This document shows positions 41,399 through 52,574 of a DNA stretch of 64,000 nucleotides, in pieces (position 1 is the stretch's first letter; every line of letters starts with the position of its first letter). Source of the DNA: an uncultured Planctomycetota bacterium. GTDB taxonomy: Bacteria; Planctomycetota; Planctomycetia; Isosphaerales; Isosphaeraceae. The notes beneath the pieces were generated by a model that did no database searches, was not told the DNA's origin, and saw only the letters and a program-made list of their open reading frames with translations. The stretch lies in NCBI GenBank assembly GCA_963845755.1, contig CAWJTV010000044.1, forward strand, positions 50,936 through 114,935. Direction: 5' to 3'. The position numbers were made by a program, and so were the translations under genes.

Positions 41399-41511
41399 AC
41401 GAATTCGAGCTTGAGAACGACGGATCGACCGCGGCCGGATCCTCGTCGTTCCGGGCCGGCCGCGATCAGGAATCCTGCGGTCGGAGAGAGCGGGCTGACG
41501 AGACGAATTCA

Positions 41512-42712
41512 TCAGCCCGCCCTCTCTTGACTCCCAGGGGCCTCTCCTTCTGCGTAAGCGTTACGGACCGAATCGCGGACGATCGGGTCCGCGTCGTTTC
41601 GGTGTCGATCGAGGGCCGCCAAGGCCTCGTCCCCCGCGATCCGGGCCAGGGCCCAGGCCGCCGAGGCCCGGACGATCGGATCTTCGCCCGGGTCGTCGAG
41701 CCTGGCGACCAGTGGCGCGACCGCCTCGGGTCGGCGCCGGGTTCCCAGAACCAGAGCCGCATTGCGCAACAATCCCACGCGCTTCGTCCGCGATAGGGCC
41801 GTCCCTTTGAGCTTCGCTCGCAATTCCGCAGGCTCTCGGCCCAGCCACTCGATGAGATCCGGATCGACCCACTCCGACCGGGCCTCGAACTCGCTTGACC
41901 GCCCCGAAGGAGCCTTCCGATTCCAGGGACACACGTCCTGGCAGACGTCGCAACCGAAGACCCAGCCGTCGAGCCGCTCGGCATCGGCGTCGGCGAGCAT
42001 CCCGCGATGCTCGATGGTCCAGTAGCTGATGCATCGCCGCGCATCAAGTTGATACGGGCCAGCGAACGCATCGGTCGGGCAAGCGTCGAGGCATCGGGTA
42101 CAAGTTCCGCAATGGTTCGCCTCGTGGGTCACATCGTACGCCAGCTCGACGTCGGTGAGCAGGGCGCCCAGGAATGTGAAGCTCCCGAGTCGCCGGCTGA
42201 TCAGCATGGTGTTCTTACCGATCCAGCCGAGCCCGGCCAGCCGGGCGTAGTCCCGTTCGAGAAGCGGGGCCGTATCGGACACGGCGCGTCCCCCCGCGTC
42301 GGGCCGTTCTGATCGCAGCCAGTCGAGGAGCGACCCCAGCTTCTCCCACAGGACCTGGTGGTAATCGGCCCCCCGCGCATAACGCGCCACTTTCCCCTGC
42401 GTGGGGCGCGGAGCCTCCTTATCCTGACCCCGGAAGGCCTCCTTCGACCCATAGACCAGGCTAACCATGACGATCGACCGGACCCCTTCCAGCAACGAAT
42501 CCGGATGCGACCGATTCGGCTCCTGGCGTCTCAGGTACGCCATCCCGGCGTCATGGCCTGCATCCAGCCAGCGGAGAAAGTCCGGGTACCCGGGCGCCAC
42601 GACGGCCGGGGCGATACCGACATCGTCGAATCCCAGGGCGCAGGGCTTCGGCCTTGAGGCGAGCGCTCAGGTCCTGACAGGTCGGGGATATAGGAGAAGG
42701 GGAGTCTGGCAC
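41512..42712 (-). CDS. queG: Epoxyqueuosine reductase (frameshift near 42640)
   Basis: ARYARGADYH, DTAPLLER..A..AGLGWIGKN, CGTCTRCLDACPT, RCISYWTIE, FGCDVCQDVCPWN, HEAT tail. Confidence 0.93.
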
Positions 42713-43082
42713 GAGGATGGCCTGGACGAAAGTCCGTTGGCGGCATGAGGACCGATGGAGAGGATCGCGCTGCGTGTCGGAAAAACGCGGCCTCCATTGG
42801 GGTCAAACATCCGACCCCAGACGATGTCCCCAGATTGCATGGGCCTCACTCGCAGGCTTTCGCACGTTCATCCCGACCGTTGGCGGTTCAGAAGCCCTCG
42901 AAGTCCTCGTCCCACCACTTCTGTGGCGGAGGAAATCATCTGGCCAGTTCAATGAGGGTCTCGGCTGAAAGCCCGATTCGCTCGAATTCGCGGATGTCTC
43001 TCATCTCCGCGACCCGGTCAATGGGCGGCACGACCTCCTGGAGTTCGGAACAACCTTCAGGATGGTCGGTAGCCTCACCCAT
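42667..43082 (-). pseudogene. Decayed toxin-antitoxin-like pair: small acidic protein plus a PemK/MazF-like N-terminal fragment
   Basis: 42888..43082 has an AGGAG RBS and an in-frame TGA at 42936..42938 before FPPPQKWWDEDF; next ORF begins MQSGDIVWGRMFDPNG..RSAILS and then degenerates. Confidence 0.4.
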
Positions 43083-43262
43083 CTCCTAGTCCTGCCAAAA
43101 AGTCCTCGTGGATTTGAGCAGACAGCGTGAATCCCGGTATAGTACCCCGAAGGAAGTTGTGCAGTCCACGCGCGCGAAAATCGCCTCTGACACCAACCTT
43201 ATCTATTGACGCAACATTATCGCACACTTGGTGGGCGTCTCGCGCTTCAGGTTTGATCGGGT

Positions 43263-43769
43263 ATGCTCATGGGATCACCGATTTCTCGAACTCGCTGCCG
43301 GATCGTACTTTCACCGTTGCCCTGTCTAGCGACGATGCTTGTCGGCGCCGCGTTCACCCAGGCGAACCTGGGCGGCTCGAACCTCTCGACTCCCTACTAC
43401 GACTTCGGCTTCCCGCTCACTTATCGGAGGCACTTCTTCCGATCCGTCGGGGTGGACGAGTTCCATCCCGCTTCCCTGGCCTTCGACATCGCCCTTGCCG
43501 CCGTCGTCTCCGTGTCAACGTTCGTGGCTACGCGGCGGTGGTCCTGTCTGATCGAGCGATACCAGAGATTCACAGTACAAGGGCTCATGGCAACGGTCGC
43601 CATCTTCGCGATCACGTTCGCCCTGTTGATCGCTGCCCCGCTACTCTACTTCGGTGTGCTCCTCGGTTCCTTGTTCTACGGACTCGTCTGTATCGTGCAT
43701 GTGTCCGTCCTGTGCACGTTCCATCTCCGGACTCGGCCGCGCAGCCTCAAGATGAGCCGTCACCGATAA
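43263..43769 (+). CDS. Hypothetical membrane protein
   Basis: About four TM segments, YYDFGFP and RFTVQGLMATVA motifs. Confidence 0.6.
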   Translation: MLMGSPISRTRCRIVLSPLPCLATMLVGAAFTQANLGGSNLSTPYYDFGFPLTYRRHFFRSVGVDEFHPASLAFDIALAAVVSVSTFVATRRWSCLIERYQRFTVQGLMATVAIFAITFALLIAAPLLYFGVLLGSLFYGLVCIVHVSVLCTFHLRTRPRSLKMSRHR

Positions 43770-43780
43770 AGCGGCACCTG

Positions 43781-44449
43781 CTAAATCAGCGGCCGATTCT
43801 CCAGCCCGCCGGAATCCTTCACACCGAGGTTCTCGTAGATCTGGCGCGTCGCGTCGGAGCGATTGAGGGTGTAGAAGTGGAGCCCGCGGACCTGGTGGTC
43901 GAGCAGGTCCCGGCACTGTTCGGTGGCCCAGTGGATGCCGACCTTGCTGACGGCCTCGGGCGAGTCGGCACAACGGCCGAGCGCGCGGAGCAATCGGGCC
44001 GGGAACCGGGCGCCGAGCGCCAGCTCGGCCATCCGGGCGAGGTTCTCCCGCGAGGTGATCGGCATGATTCCCGCAAGGATCGGCACTCGGATGCCGGCCA
44101 GGTCGCACCGTTCGCGGAAGTCGTAGAAGTCCGCGTTACTGAAGAAGAGTTGCGTGCAGATGTAATCGGCGCCGGCGTCCACTTTCCGCTTGAGATAGTC
44201 CAGCTCCTTGAGCCGATTCGGAGTCGTCGGATGTCCCTCGGGAAAGCCGGCGACCCCGATCTCGAACCCGCGCGCGTCGGGGACCCGCTCGTCGCGCGAA
44301 CGGATAAACCGGACCAGTTCCTCGGCGTACTGAAATGCGTCCTGGGATCGATCGTGGTTCGCCATCGTCCGGGGCGGATCGCCGCCCAAGGGCAGGATGT
44401 TCTCGATCTGCGATTCCGCGTAACGGTCGAGGATCGTCGCGAGTTCTTC
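43781..44449 (-). pseudogene. metF: 5'-truncated second copy of metF
   Basis: Near-identical to 52590..53240; lacks about the first 85 codons; stop codon upstream in frame. Confidence 0.9.
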
Positions 44450-44663
44450 GTGGCCAGCGATCTGCGGACGCGCTCATCGGTCTCACCGGTCTGGCGGTTG
44501 AGCCAATGTTCCCTCGAAAAAAAATCGATGGAGCATTGATCCGCGATTTGTCGCTTGATAGACTCTGAGGCGTAATCAGACATGTCGCGCACCGTCTGCC
44601 CCGAGGGTTCCGGCGATGGTCGAGCGTGATTTCACATCATCTACACTACCGACGGCTAAGGTG

Positions 44664-44740
44664 CGCAGCCCGCAGCCCGCAGCCCGCAGCCCGCAGCCCG
44701 CAGCCCGCAGCCCGCAGCCCGCAGCCCGCAGCCCGCAGCC
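44664..44740 (+). repeat. Perfect heptamer tandem repeat (CGCAGCC)x11
   Basis: Counted directly, 77 bp. Confidence 0.95.
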
Positions 44741-45001
44741 ACTTCTCTACCCCATTTCGACGCCTCGTCCAGATTGAAGCGGACGGCGAGCACGAGAGCA
44801 AGGTGGACCCGGGACGGATCGAGGAATTCAACTTCTTCCCGTATCGGCTTCGAACGAGCCTGCGGCATCCGCCTCATTGTGTTGACCCTATACTGTGCGG
44901 ACGAACACGTCAAACGGCAACGTCGTCCCAACAATCCGTCGGTGTTCAAGCATAATCCCCGTATTCCAATGCGACCCGGAGATGGGAGTCCAATCTTAAA
45001 A

Positions 45002-45064
45002 GCTGTTTCAAAAGGGGGGACAGGCACCTCGAAGACTCGGAGCCAGTCCCCGTTTTGAAACAGC
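45002..45064. repeat. REP-like palindrome
   Basis: GCTGTTTCAAAA-GGGGGGACAGGCACC...GGAGCCAGTCCCC-G-TTTTGAAACAGC. Confidence 0.75.
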
Positions 45065-45083
45065 CTGTTAGTGAGGATCCGCC

Positions 45084-46080
45084 ATGAAGACCCATGCCCA
45101 TCAGCATCTGTCGTCTAGAGGTGGTTATTCAATCACTTACAGGCCGCGTGGATTCACGCTATTGGAGTTACTAGTCGTCGTTGGCATCATCGGTTTGTTG
45201 GTTTCGATCATCCTGCCCGCAGTCATGTCTGCACGGGATGCGGCGAGGAAGCTCTCATGCGCAAGCAACCTACGCCAGATTGGTGAGGGACTTCAGAACT
45301 TCGAAATCCTCGAACGGATACCTCCCCGGGGTTTATTGGGGGGTGGTCGAAGAGGATGGAGGGGCGTACCTCTCTAGGTGGTCCTTCTCACCGTCAAGTC
45401 TGATCGCTGGGTTCATCGACAGCACCGCACTCGCTAACTCGGTACAAACCCAGATGCCTCCAGGTGATAACGACCCTACCTGGACGAGCCTGGGGCTTCC
45501 CGCCCCTGGAATCCTTCATTGCCCGGCAGACGCATTTGCGTCCGGCATGGACACCAGTTATCACTATTGTCGAGGCAACATACCGCTTTGGCCCGCGGAC
45601 CCTGGAGGAGCGTTCGTACGTCATAAAGGTATACGCCTTGCGGAGATTCAGGATGGCCTCGCGAATACCGCATTCGCATCGGAGCGCCTCATCAGTCGGC
45701 CACAGTCACACAGTCCGGATCGGAGCCGCGATTACATCGCGGTTGACTCGGAGGTGAGCAACCAAGTTGCACCCGACTGTATCGGTGCCAATACGACTGG
45801 GTCGTGGGGTTGGTCTCTCCAACCCTCAGGGACCTCTTGGCTCAGTGGCCGCTGGCTCGATGCCTCATACTATCACCTCTTTCCGCCAAACTCGTTGTGG
45901 GTCGATTGCGTGGAGCGTGATCCATCTTACATGGCGGTGACCACAGCAAGGAGCTACCATCCTGGAGGAGTCAATCTTTTGTTCGGCGATGGGCATGTGA
46001 AGTTTATTAGCAACGGCGTCGGTCTGCAAGTCTGGCGAGCATGGGCAACTCGCAGCGGATCGGAAATCCAGGGGGACTGA
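45084..46080 (+). CDS. DUF1559 prepilin-type protein (frameshift near 45305)
   Basis: [31 protein letters not shown]...C..NLRQIG; I.DGLANT...[18 protein letters not shown] (H-X9-DG). Confidence 0.92.
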
Positions 46081-46084
46081 TGGA

Positions 46085-47327
46085 ATGCGCTTTCAACTTC
46101 GGGTATTGATCTGGTTTCTCCTTGCATTCGTCCTCACTCCAAGCTCGATCCAATCCGAGATGATTGGTAAGGCTCAACTGGAGCAGATTCGACTTTCGGT
46201 CGAGTCATACATGTCTCGTATTCAGAGCATTCACATGGACTACATTGTGGACTGGGAGCCCGATCGTGACTCACCGCGACTACCGCAGGTCGGTCTCCGC
46301 CAAGATTAAGATGTTGGAAGAGGACCTGAAGAGGGAGACCGAACCGGCAAAGCGCGATCTGATCGTCAAGGCGATCGAAAGTCACAAGTCATCCGGGACA
46401 GCTTATTCCTACAGTCTATCGTACGCTTTTCCGTCGATGCGATATGATCGTATGGCCTTGGAGCAGGCAGGTGGTGAGGTCGGGCCCTCGAGTCGAGAGA
46501 TCCGGGCCGTCGATGATCGGCGTTTTACCGGGATCGACTTCCAAAGAAAGCTCGCTGTCAGTGTCTCCCAAGTCTCAGAAAACGAGCTCAGGTTCTTCGT
46601 ACGGTTACCAACGGCTTCGATTGGAATGAAATCTTACCCCGTTGAGGGCCCGGACGACCAGTGTTTAGAATCACTCCTTTCACACCCGGGGATGACTACC
46701 ATTGAAGGACACGAGCAGATCGGGAACACAGCCACCATCATCCTGAAAGTGGGCCCAGGGATTCCAGGGGCAAATCGGCCCACAGGTCTCGGCGACGACG
46801 GCTATGTCAAGCTGTGGCTGGCGCCGTCTCATAACTATCTTGCGATCAGGAAAGAGTATCAAGTCATCCTACCGGTGCCAACGAAGATGGAAAGGAGTGA
46901 GGGCGTCTACACGATCGCACTGGCTGACTTTCGTTCGGTCCCGGACAAGGCAAGACGGAACTCGAGCATGCAACTCCCTTTCTTGATCACCTACAGGGAT
47001 CCCGTGGGAACGACGATCTCCAAGGTGGCTTCGGTTGCGATCAACGGCACCCTCGCCCCTCATGAGTTCGATCCGCCGATTCCCCCGGAATTCGTTGTGT
47101 CCGTTAACAAGGGGATCGGGAGAAAGCTAGCCGGTGGCAGGACGGCCATGTCTCGGGTTGTTGGCGACACGGTGAAAAGGGCTCGTGCTATCCTGGCATC
47201 GTCGCCACCGGAAGCACCAAACACCTACTCACCTATTCCTTACCTTGGAATCGCGGGGGTTCTCGTTTGTACGGTCGGTCTCGCAATTCTTTACCTCTTG
47301 AAAAGGAGAGTTGGACATGCGCGCTAA
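46085..47327 (+). CDS. Exported protein with signal peptide and C-terminal TM anchor (frameshift near 46290)
   Basis: Joins 46085..46309 and 46164..47327; beta-rich body (VKLWLAPSHNYLAIR), C-terminal TM plus KRR. Confidence 0.7.
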
Positions 47328-47739
47328 CTACGTTCCGTTGGCGGCCCTTGGAGGGTGGCTCGTGGTTACCCTGTTTATACGTACGCCTGCTGTCCCTATC
47401 ACCACTTTCTCGAGTGCTCAACTGCGAGGCGGCGATGGGACGTGCTTTTGGCCCCAGAACCCGACCGAATGCAACGGCTGTCGACCGCTCGGAAGCACGG
47501 AATCCTATCAATGCGATAGCCTTGCCTTCGGTGCGGATTGTGAGGCGTATTCCGGGTCCTCCTGCATCGCGTGTACAAACACGGGCTGGGATAGCTGTGG
47601 CGCTGGTTACACCGATTGGAGCCAACCCGGGTGCACGGGGATGCCTACGCACTACGCTGGTCAATGCGGTCCTCTGTACCATGTTTACTCGTCGAGTGAA
47701 TATGGAGGTTCGTGTGATCAAAATGCCTGTAACCCATAA
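47317..47739 (+). CDS. Secreted Cys-rich peptide with a double-glycine-like leader
   Basis: AGGAG RBS; hydrophobic N-terminus, FSSAQLRGG, then a 101-aa core with 12 Cys. Confidence 0.75.
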   Translation: MRANYVPLAALGGWLVVTLFIRTPAVPITTFSSAQLRGGDGTCFWPQNPTECNGCRPLGSTESYQCDSLAFGADCEAYSGSSCIACTNTGWDSCGAGYTDWSQPGCTGMPTHYAGQCGPLYHVYSSSEYGGSCDQNACNP

Positions 47740-47909
47740 TCGTGCCGATGTCTTCAGGGTCGTCCGCGCACCCCGGCCTGCGACTGGGCAGGCCGGAGCC
47801 GGATTCGTCCGGCGCTCATCGGCCGAGTTTGGGAGTCGAGCTCTTCGATAGGGTTGCCTGTGTGATGTAATCATGCTAACTGATCATCGGTATAAATAGG
47901 TGTAACTGT

Positions 47910-48599
47910 ATGTATGCTGATTTCGATGCGTGGAGAGGGGGACTTTACCGCTGCGGGAAGAGCGAGGAGAGCTTGTTTCGACGACTAGCAAAGCATCTTA
48001 TAATCATCTTAATTGTTAGTCCATGTCTACAATCCACTGCGATCTCGCAAGAGGATGTTAATTTATCTGATAACATGTGTGGGCCTAACAGCCTTTCTTT
48101 GATCTTGGCTTATCTAAGCGGTGATTTGAGCAAGGATTTCATGGAACTCGGCCCGGACCCGGGAAAACATCCATTCTCATTGGCGGAATTGGAAGACTTG
48201 GCGAGACAACCTGGTTACAGGACTCTATTATTGCACTGGGAAGCCAAAGAGGCGGCATCCTTCGATTGTCCGGCACTCCTGCACGTGCGAAGTGCCCGGG
48301 CAGGTGGGACGCCGGACCATTTCATCGCGTGCTTCGGATCAATTAATAAGGGGATTTGCATCGCAGACTTCCCCCGGTCGCCTCGCGTCCTGCCGTATGA
48401 GGACCTGTATCGTATCTGGGATGGTGACGTTCTTTACGTCGATCGTCGTGATAGTTGGGCATTAGACCGGTTAAGGTTTGACGCTTATGGATATCGGGAT
48501 GGCGTCCGCATTTCATTGTTGGTGGTCTTCGGCGCCGCCAGTCTGTACGTTGTTGCCAGACGGGCCTCGAAGTCCTCGAGGTCCTCGAAAACCGCTTGA
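47910..48599 (+). CDS. Stand-alone C39-like cysteine peptidase, membrane-anchored
   Basis: NMCGPNSL (Cys), FSLAELEDLA, PALLHV...DHFIA (His), IADFP (Asp), WDG; hydrophobic segments at both ends. Confidence 0.8.
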   Translation: MYADFDAWRGGLYRCGKSEESLFRRLAKHLIIILIVSPCLQSTAISQEDVNLSDNMCGPNSLSLILAYLSGDLSKDFMELGPDPGKHPFSLAELEDLARQPGYRTLLLHWEAKEAASFDCPALLHVRSARAGGTPDHFIACFGSINKGICIADFPRSPRVLPYEDLYRIWDGDVLYVDRRDSWALDRLRFDAYGYRDGVRISLLVVFGAASLYVVARRASKSSRSSKTA

Positions 48600-49093
48600 T
48601 AATCGTAGTCCCAAGAACGGACCCCTGAGAGCGCCAACCAACACTCCTCCGGAAGAGATCACGTGGGAGCGTTTCTGAGGATGGGAAGATATGCGGGATC
48701 TTCAAACTTCAACGCGATCGCGATCGAGCGACCGGATTTTCTGGGTCGTCGCTTTGGTAGCCATTCCTGCCTCGCTGCTCATCCCGTTTGTTCTTATGCG
48801 AGGGCATCGCAAGGCACCTGACGGTTTGTTTGCCAGGGAGTCCGTGGTCCGGGTTAAGGCGATGGGTCCGGAGGAACGACGAGGAAGGGCTGAGTTCCAT
48901 CTGGTCAACCAGAGTAAGACACCCATAACCATCCGGTCAGCAAAGCCGTCTTGTAACTGTGTCGAAGTACCTTCCGGTGAGCCGCCCGTCATTCCGCCCG
49001 GAGGGCATGGAGTCCTCGCGTTCTTGGTCAACTTCCCGGACGCGGGAACGAGCTCGGCGAGGATTGAAGTTTTCCACGATGGGGCATTAAGCC

Positions 49094-50583
49094 CAATACC
49101 GTTGAAATAGGCGCAAGCCACAGCCTCCTGTTACTTTGGGTTTACTCACGACCCAAGCAACACGGAGGCCATGACTCGCATGCCGCACGGACATTGCACG
49201 CTGCCGCCCGATGCGTCGGGCCGGATCTTGGATCGCTTGGCGGGACTGGAACAGATTATCTCGCCCGAGGCCGTTCGCCAAGTCCTCGCGGCCACCGGTA
49301 AAACCAATCAACGACGTTGCACACTGACCCACGAGATTGTTTGCTGGGTGGTCCTGGCCATGGGGCTGTTGACCGACTTGCCGATCCGCCAAGTCTTCAA
49401 GCATGCACGCCGGCTCCGAGTCGGCGAGGAGAGTCCCCATCGATCCAGCCTGTGTGTGGCCCGGCAACGCCTGGGCATCGCGCCGGTCCGCCACCTGTTC
49501 GAGCACGTCGTTCATCCTCTGGCCCGGCCCGATACGCCCGGAGCCTTCTACCGCGGGTTCCGCCTGGTCGGCATCGATGGGACCGTCTACGATGTCCCCG
49601 ACTCGGAGGCCAACGCCGTGGCCTTCGCGCGCCCCTCGGCCGGGCCGCGCGGCGACGGCGCGTTCCCCCAAGTCCGCAAGCTGAGCCTGGTCGAATTGGG
49701 GACCCACATCGAACTGGCCTTCGTGGTCCGGTCGATCGCCCACGGCGAACCGTCGATGGTCGGCGGCTTGCTCCGCCATCTGACTCCGGAGATGCTCCTG
49801 TTGGAGGATCGCGGGTTTTTCAGCTATGACCACTGGAAAACGGCGATGTTGCGGGGCGTCCAGCTGTTGGCACGCGTGAAAAGCGGCTTGATCCTCAAGT
49901 CGATCCAAAACCTGGCGGATGGCTCGTACCTGGCCAAGATTTATCGGGGTTGCTACGACCGTCAGATCGATCGGGATGGGATCGTCGTCCGGGTGATCCG
50001 CTATACACTGGACGACCCGCAACGAGTCGGACACGGTGAAACTCATGTGCTGATCACGAATCTCCTTGACGCGGAGCTTTATCCTGCTGAAGAATTGATT
50101 ATTCTTTATCACGAGAGATGGGAACAGGAGTTGGTCTATGATGAGCAAAAGACCCATCATGATCCGCGGCGGGCGACCAAGCCGGCACAGATGCGAAGCG
50201 AGACCCCGGCGGGGGTGATCCAGGAGATCTATGCGCTGTCGCTGGGTCATTTCGTGATCCGAGCCTTGATGGTTGCGGCCGCCGGGACCGTGGGGCTGGA
50301 CCCGGATCGGCTGTCGTTTCTGGGGTGCTTCCAGATCCTCAAGTGCCGGTTGCCAGAATGCAACAGCTCGACCCCCGAGGCGTTCGAGGAGTGGTACCAG
50401 GGATTATTGTGGGAGATGCAGGGGGAGCGCACCGATGACGAAATGCGGAGGAACCGGATCAATCCGCGAGTGATCAAGCGTAAAATGTCCAAGTGGAAAA
50501 AGAAACGATCCAAACATCGACACATTCCGCCCTTGAAGAAAACCTTTGCAGAGACAGTGGTTATGCTTCCTTAAACGGTATTG
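49094..50583 (+). mobile_element. IS4-family insertion sequence (1490 bp)
   Basis: IRs CAATACCGTT/AACGGTATTG; 10-bp target duplication GCATTAAGCC at 49084..49093 and 50584..50593. Confidence 0.95.
49171..50574 (+). CDS. IS4-family DDE transposase
   Basis: IDGT, DRGF, YHERWEQELVYDEQK (YREK-like). Confidence 0.95.
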   Translation: MTRMPHGHCTLPPDASGRILDRLAGLEQIISPEAVRQVLAATGKTNQRRCTLTHEIVCWVVLAMGLLTDLPIRQVFKHARRLRVGEESPHRSSLCVARQRLGIAPVRHLFEHVVHPLARPDTPGAFYRGFRLVGIDGTVYDVPDSEANAVAFARPSAGPRGDGAFPQVRKLSLVELGTHIELAFVVRSIAHGEPSMVGGLLRHLTPEMLLLEDRGFFSYDHWKTAMLRGVQLLARVKSGLILKSIQNLADGSYLAKIYRGCYDRQIDRDGIVVRVIRYTLDDPQRVGHGETHVLITNLLDAELYPAEELIILYHERWEQELVYDEQKTHHDPRRATKPAQMRSETPAGVIQEIYALSLGHFVIRALMVAAAGTVGLDPDRLSFLGCFQILKCRLPECNSSTPEAFEEWYQGLLWEMQGERTDDEMRRNRINPRVIKRKMSKWKKKRSKHRHIPPLKKTFAETVVMLP

Positions 50584-50888
50584 GCATTAAGCCCCCTCGT
50601 CCTAATCGTCGAAGTGGCTGGGGCCGGGACTATCCCGGGGATTCGTCGGATTCGAAATGCCTCTCAATCATTCCCCGCGTTGACCTCAACCACTGAGGAA
50701 TCGGAGATTACTATCGAAACGAGGGAAGCCGCCGGCTCGGTACCCTGGTTGACTGGCCTCGATTGCGACCTAGGTGAGGCGAAGATTGGTCTCGCTAGGA
50801 TTGACGAGGAAAGGTCCGGATCGGATTGTGTGGATCGCGTATATATCTATCGCATCGGTTGGAGGGAGCTTCCCAAGACTGCTTTGTT

Positions 50889-52119
50889 GGTGGTGTCCTA
50901 CGCAATTTGAACAGATGGCATTGTGATCCACTCACGCATCGTCCAGACGTGGTCGGCCAGGCCGGCAGCCATCGCCGGTGACCCCTTTCGCACCCGGCCA
51001 TCGTCGTCCCGATATTCCAACGTCCTCACAGGCCAGCAGAAGTTATCGCTGTACATCGTAAAATAGGTCATCGACTCGTGCACCCGCCAATCCTTCGAGA
51101 ACGTGTACGTCTTCCGCACCTTCCGGGCGTTCTTGTGCCGGTCGGTCGCGTTGTACCGCTCCAGGAACGAGACGTTGACCTGTCGGCTCAGCTTCGAGAG
51201 CCGCAACGCCTTGGCCAGCGCCGCCAGCGTGCCGAAGATCAGATGGACCAGGATCTCCACCACCCGACCCCGCCGCCGCCGCTTCTCGACCGTGGCGTAG
51301 GTCAGCTCCGGCGGCGGTACCTTCTCAGGCACCATCCGCTTGCTGTCGCGGCCCGTCGGCGTCGCGGTGACCTCGCTCCCGTAGATGCGCAGGATCGCCT
51401 CCTTGTACGCCGGGTAGTCGTCGCTGGTCATCAGCCTCACGGGGTGGTCTCCTGTCCGCTGCTTGGCCGCGGCGACCACGGCCTCGACCTCCTCGGCCCC
51501 ACGCGCCCCGGGGACGACGCAAAGGACCAGCTTGTGCTCGGGATCGTAGGCGGTGTGGTCCCACCAATCCCCATGCTGGTCATCAGCCGGATTGCCCGGG
51601 TCGCAGTGCTCCTGCTTCTTGAACACGAACGACCACTTCTCGTCGAACTGGACCTCTTCCGTCCGAGGGGGAAAAAGCCACGAGCTCGTCGTGGAGTTGC
51701 CGGGCGTGCTCGCCCAGGACTCGGCGGTAACGTACCACCGTGTCGCGGTGCACACCGAGGAGTCGAGCGGTGGCCCGCACCCCGGTGCGATCGGCGAGAT
51801 GTTCGATCAGCGAGATGGTCGTCTCCCGGGGCAAGCTGGAGCGGTACAGCGGCGTACCCTTGCGCTCGGAGAAACGGGCCTTGCAAGTGCGACAGTAGAG
51901 CTGGCGGATGGGCTGGCCCTGGCCGTAGGTGCCGCAGACCGACAGGTTGCCGAGCCCACGCAGGCCGTAATCGGGGCAATCCGCACGCTGGCAGCAGAAG
52001 CCGGAAAGATCCTCCATGGCAGTGCCTCCATGATCCTGGGACCAGAGCAAATGGGGTCATGTCGAGGAACCCATGATACACGAAGAACTTACTGCGTTCA
52101 AATTCCATAGGACACCACC
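50889..52119 (-). mobile_element. IS1-family-like insertion sequence (1231 bp)
   Basis: IRs GGTGGTGTCCTA..AATTTGAAC / GTTCAAATT..TAGGACACCACC; 8-bp target duplication GCTTTGTT at 50881..50888 and 52120..52127. Confidence 0.93.
50898..52017 (-). CDS. IS1-like transposase in two frames (Zn-finger/HTH plus DDE), likely programmed frameshift
   Basis: CQRADC...CRTC, HTH; VQFDEKWSFV, TSDDY, LERYN; frame change at TTTTTCCCCC near 51670. Confidence 0.85.
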
Positions 52120-52574
52120 GCTTTGTTTAGCGGACAGATATGGATCAATCGACGGGACCCATCAATTCCTCGAATCAAAATCGGTCATCTCAGCGGGGCC
52201 CTCGGGTCTCAAGGCCTGATATCGCCCACGGTCATCCGGATCCACCCTCGTGAGCGTTCCGAAGAGACGGTCCTGTTCAAGGCAAATACCGGGACATGGG
52301 AGCTTGATCCCAAAACAACCTTGCCCATATGGTTGACAGCAAGATGGGAATCAACCGACGGAAATCAGCGACTCGTACTCCTCGCAGCAGAGCGCAGCGA
52401 GCCTTTGGATCATCCCGGCGTATTCACGGTCTCATTTGTCAGCGATCGTGGAAAGAAAGCTCAACTGAAGATCCTCTCTGACATTTCTTATGTCCCCAAT
52501 GCTGCAGCGCTAACTCGGCCTTGAGGCGAAGGCCATTATCTGCGGCCGAACGGACTCCATCAACTCGACCGGGG

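Larger units (their letters stand above)
48691..52524 (+). pseudogene. DUF1573-domain membrane-anchored protein interrupted by two IS elements
   Basis: F.LVN....PITI...KPSCNC...IPPGG; removing both IS restores one frame (HDGALSP|LVLIVEV...PKTAL|FSGQIW). Confidence 0.85.

Noticed and set aside
42936..42938. In-frame TGA as selenocysteine
   Set aside because: No convincing SECIS hairpin and no redox-motif context
44626..45027. ORFs with AARSPQP / AAGCGLR repeats; possible CRISPR
   Set aside because: Translations of the heptamer tract; no spacers and no cas genes anywhere in the window
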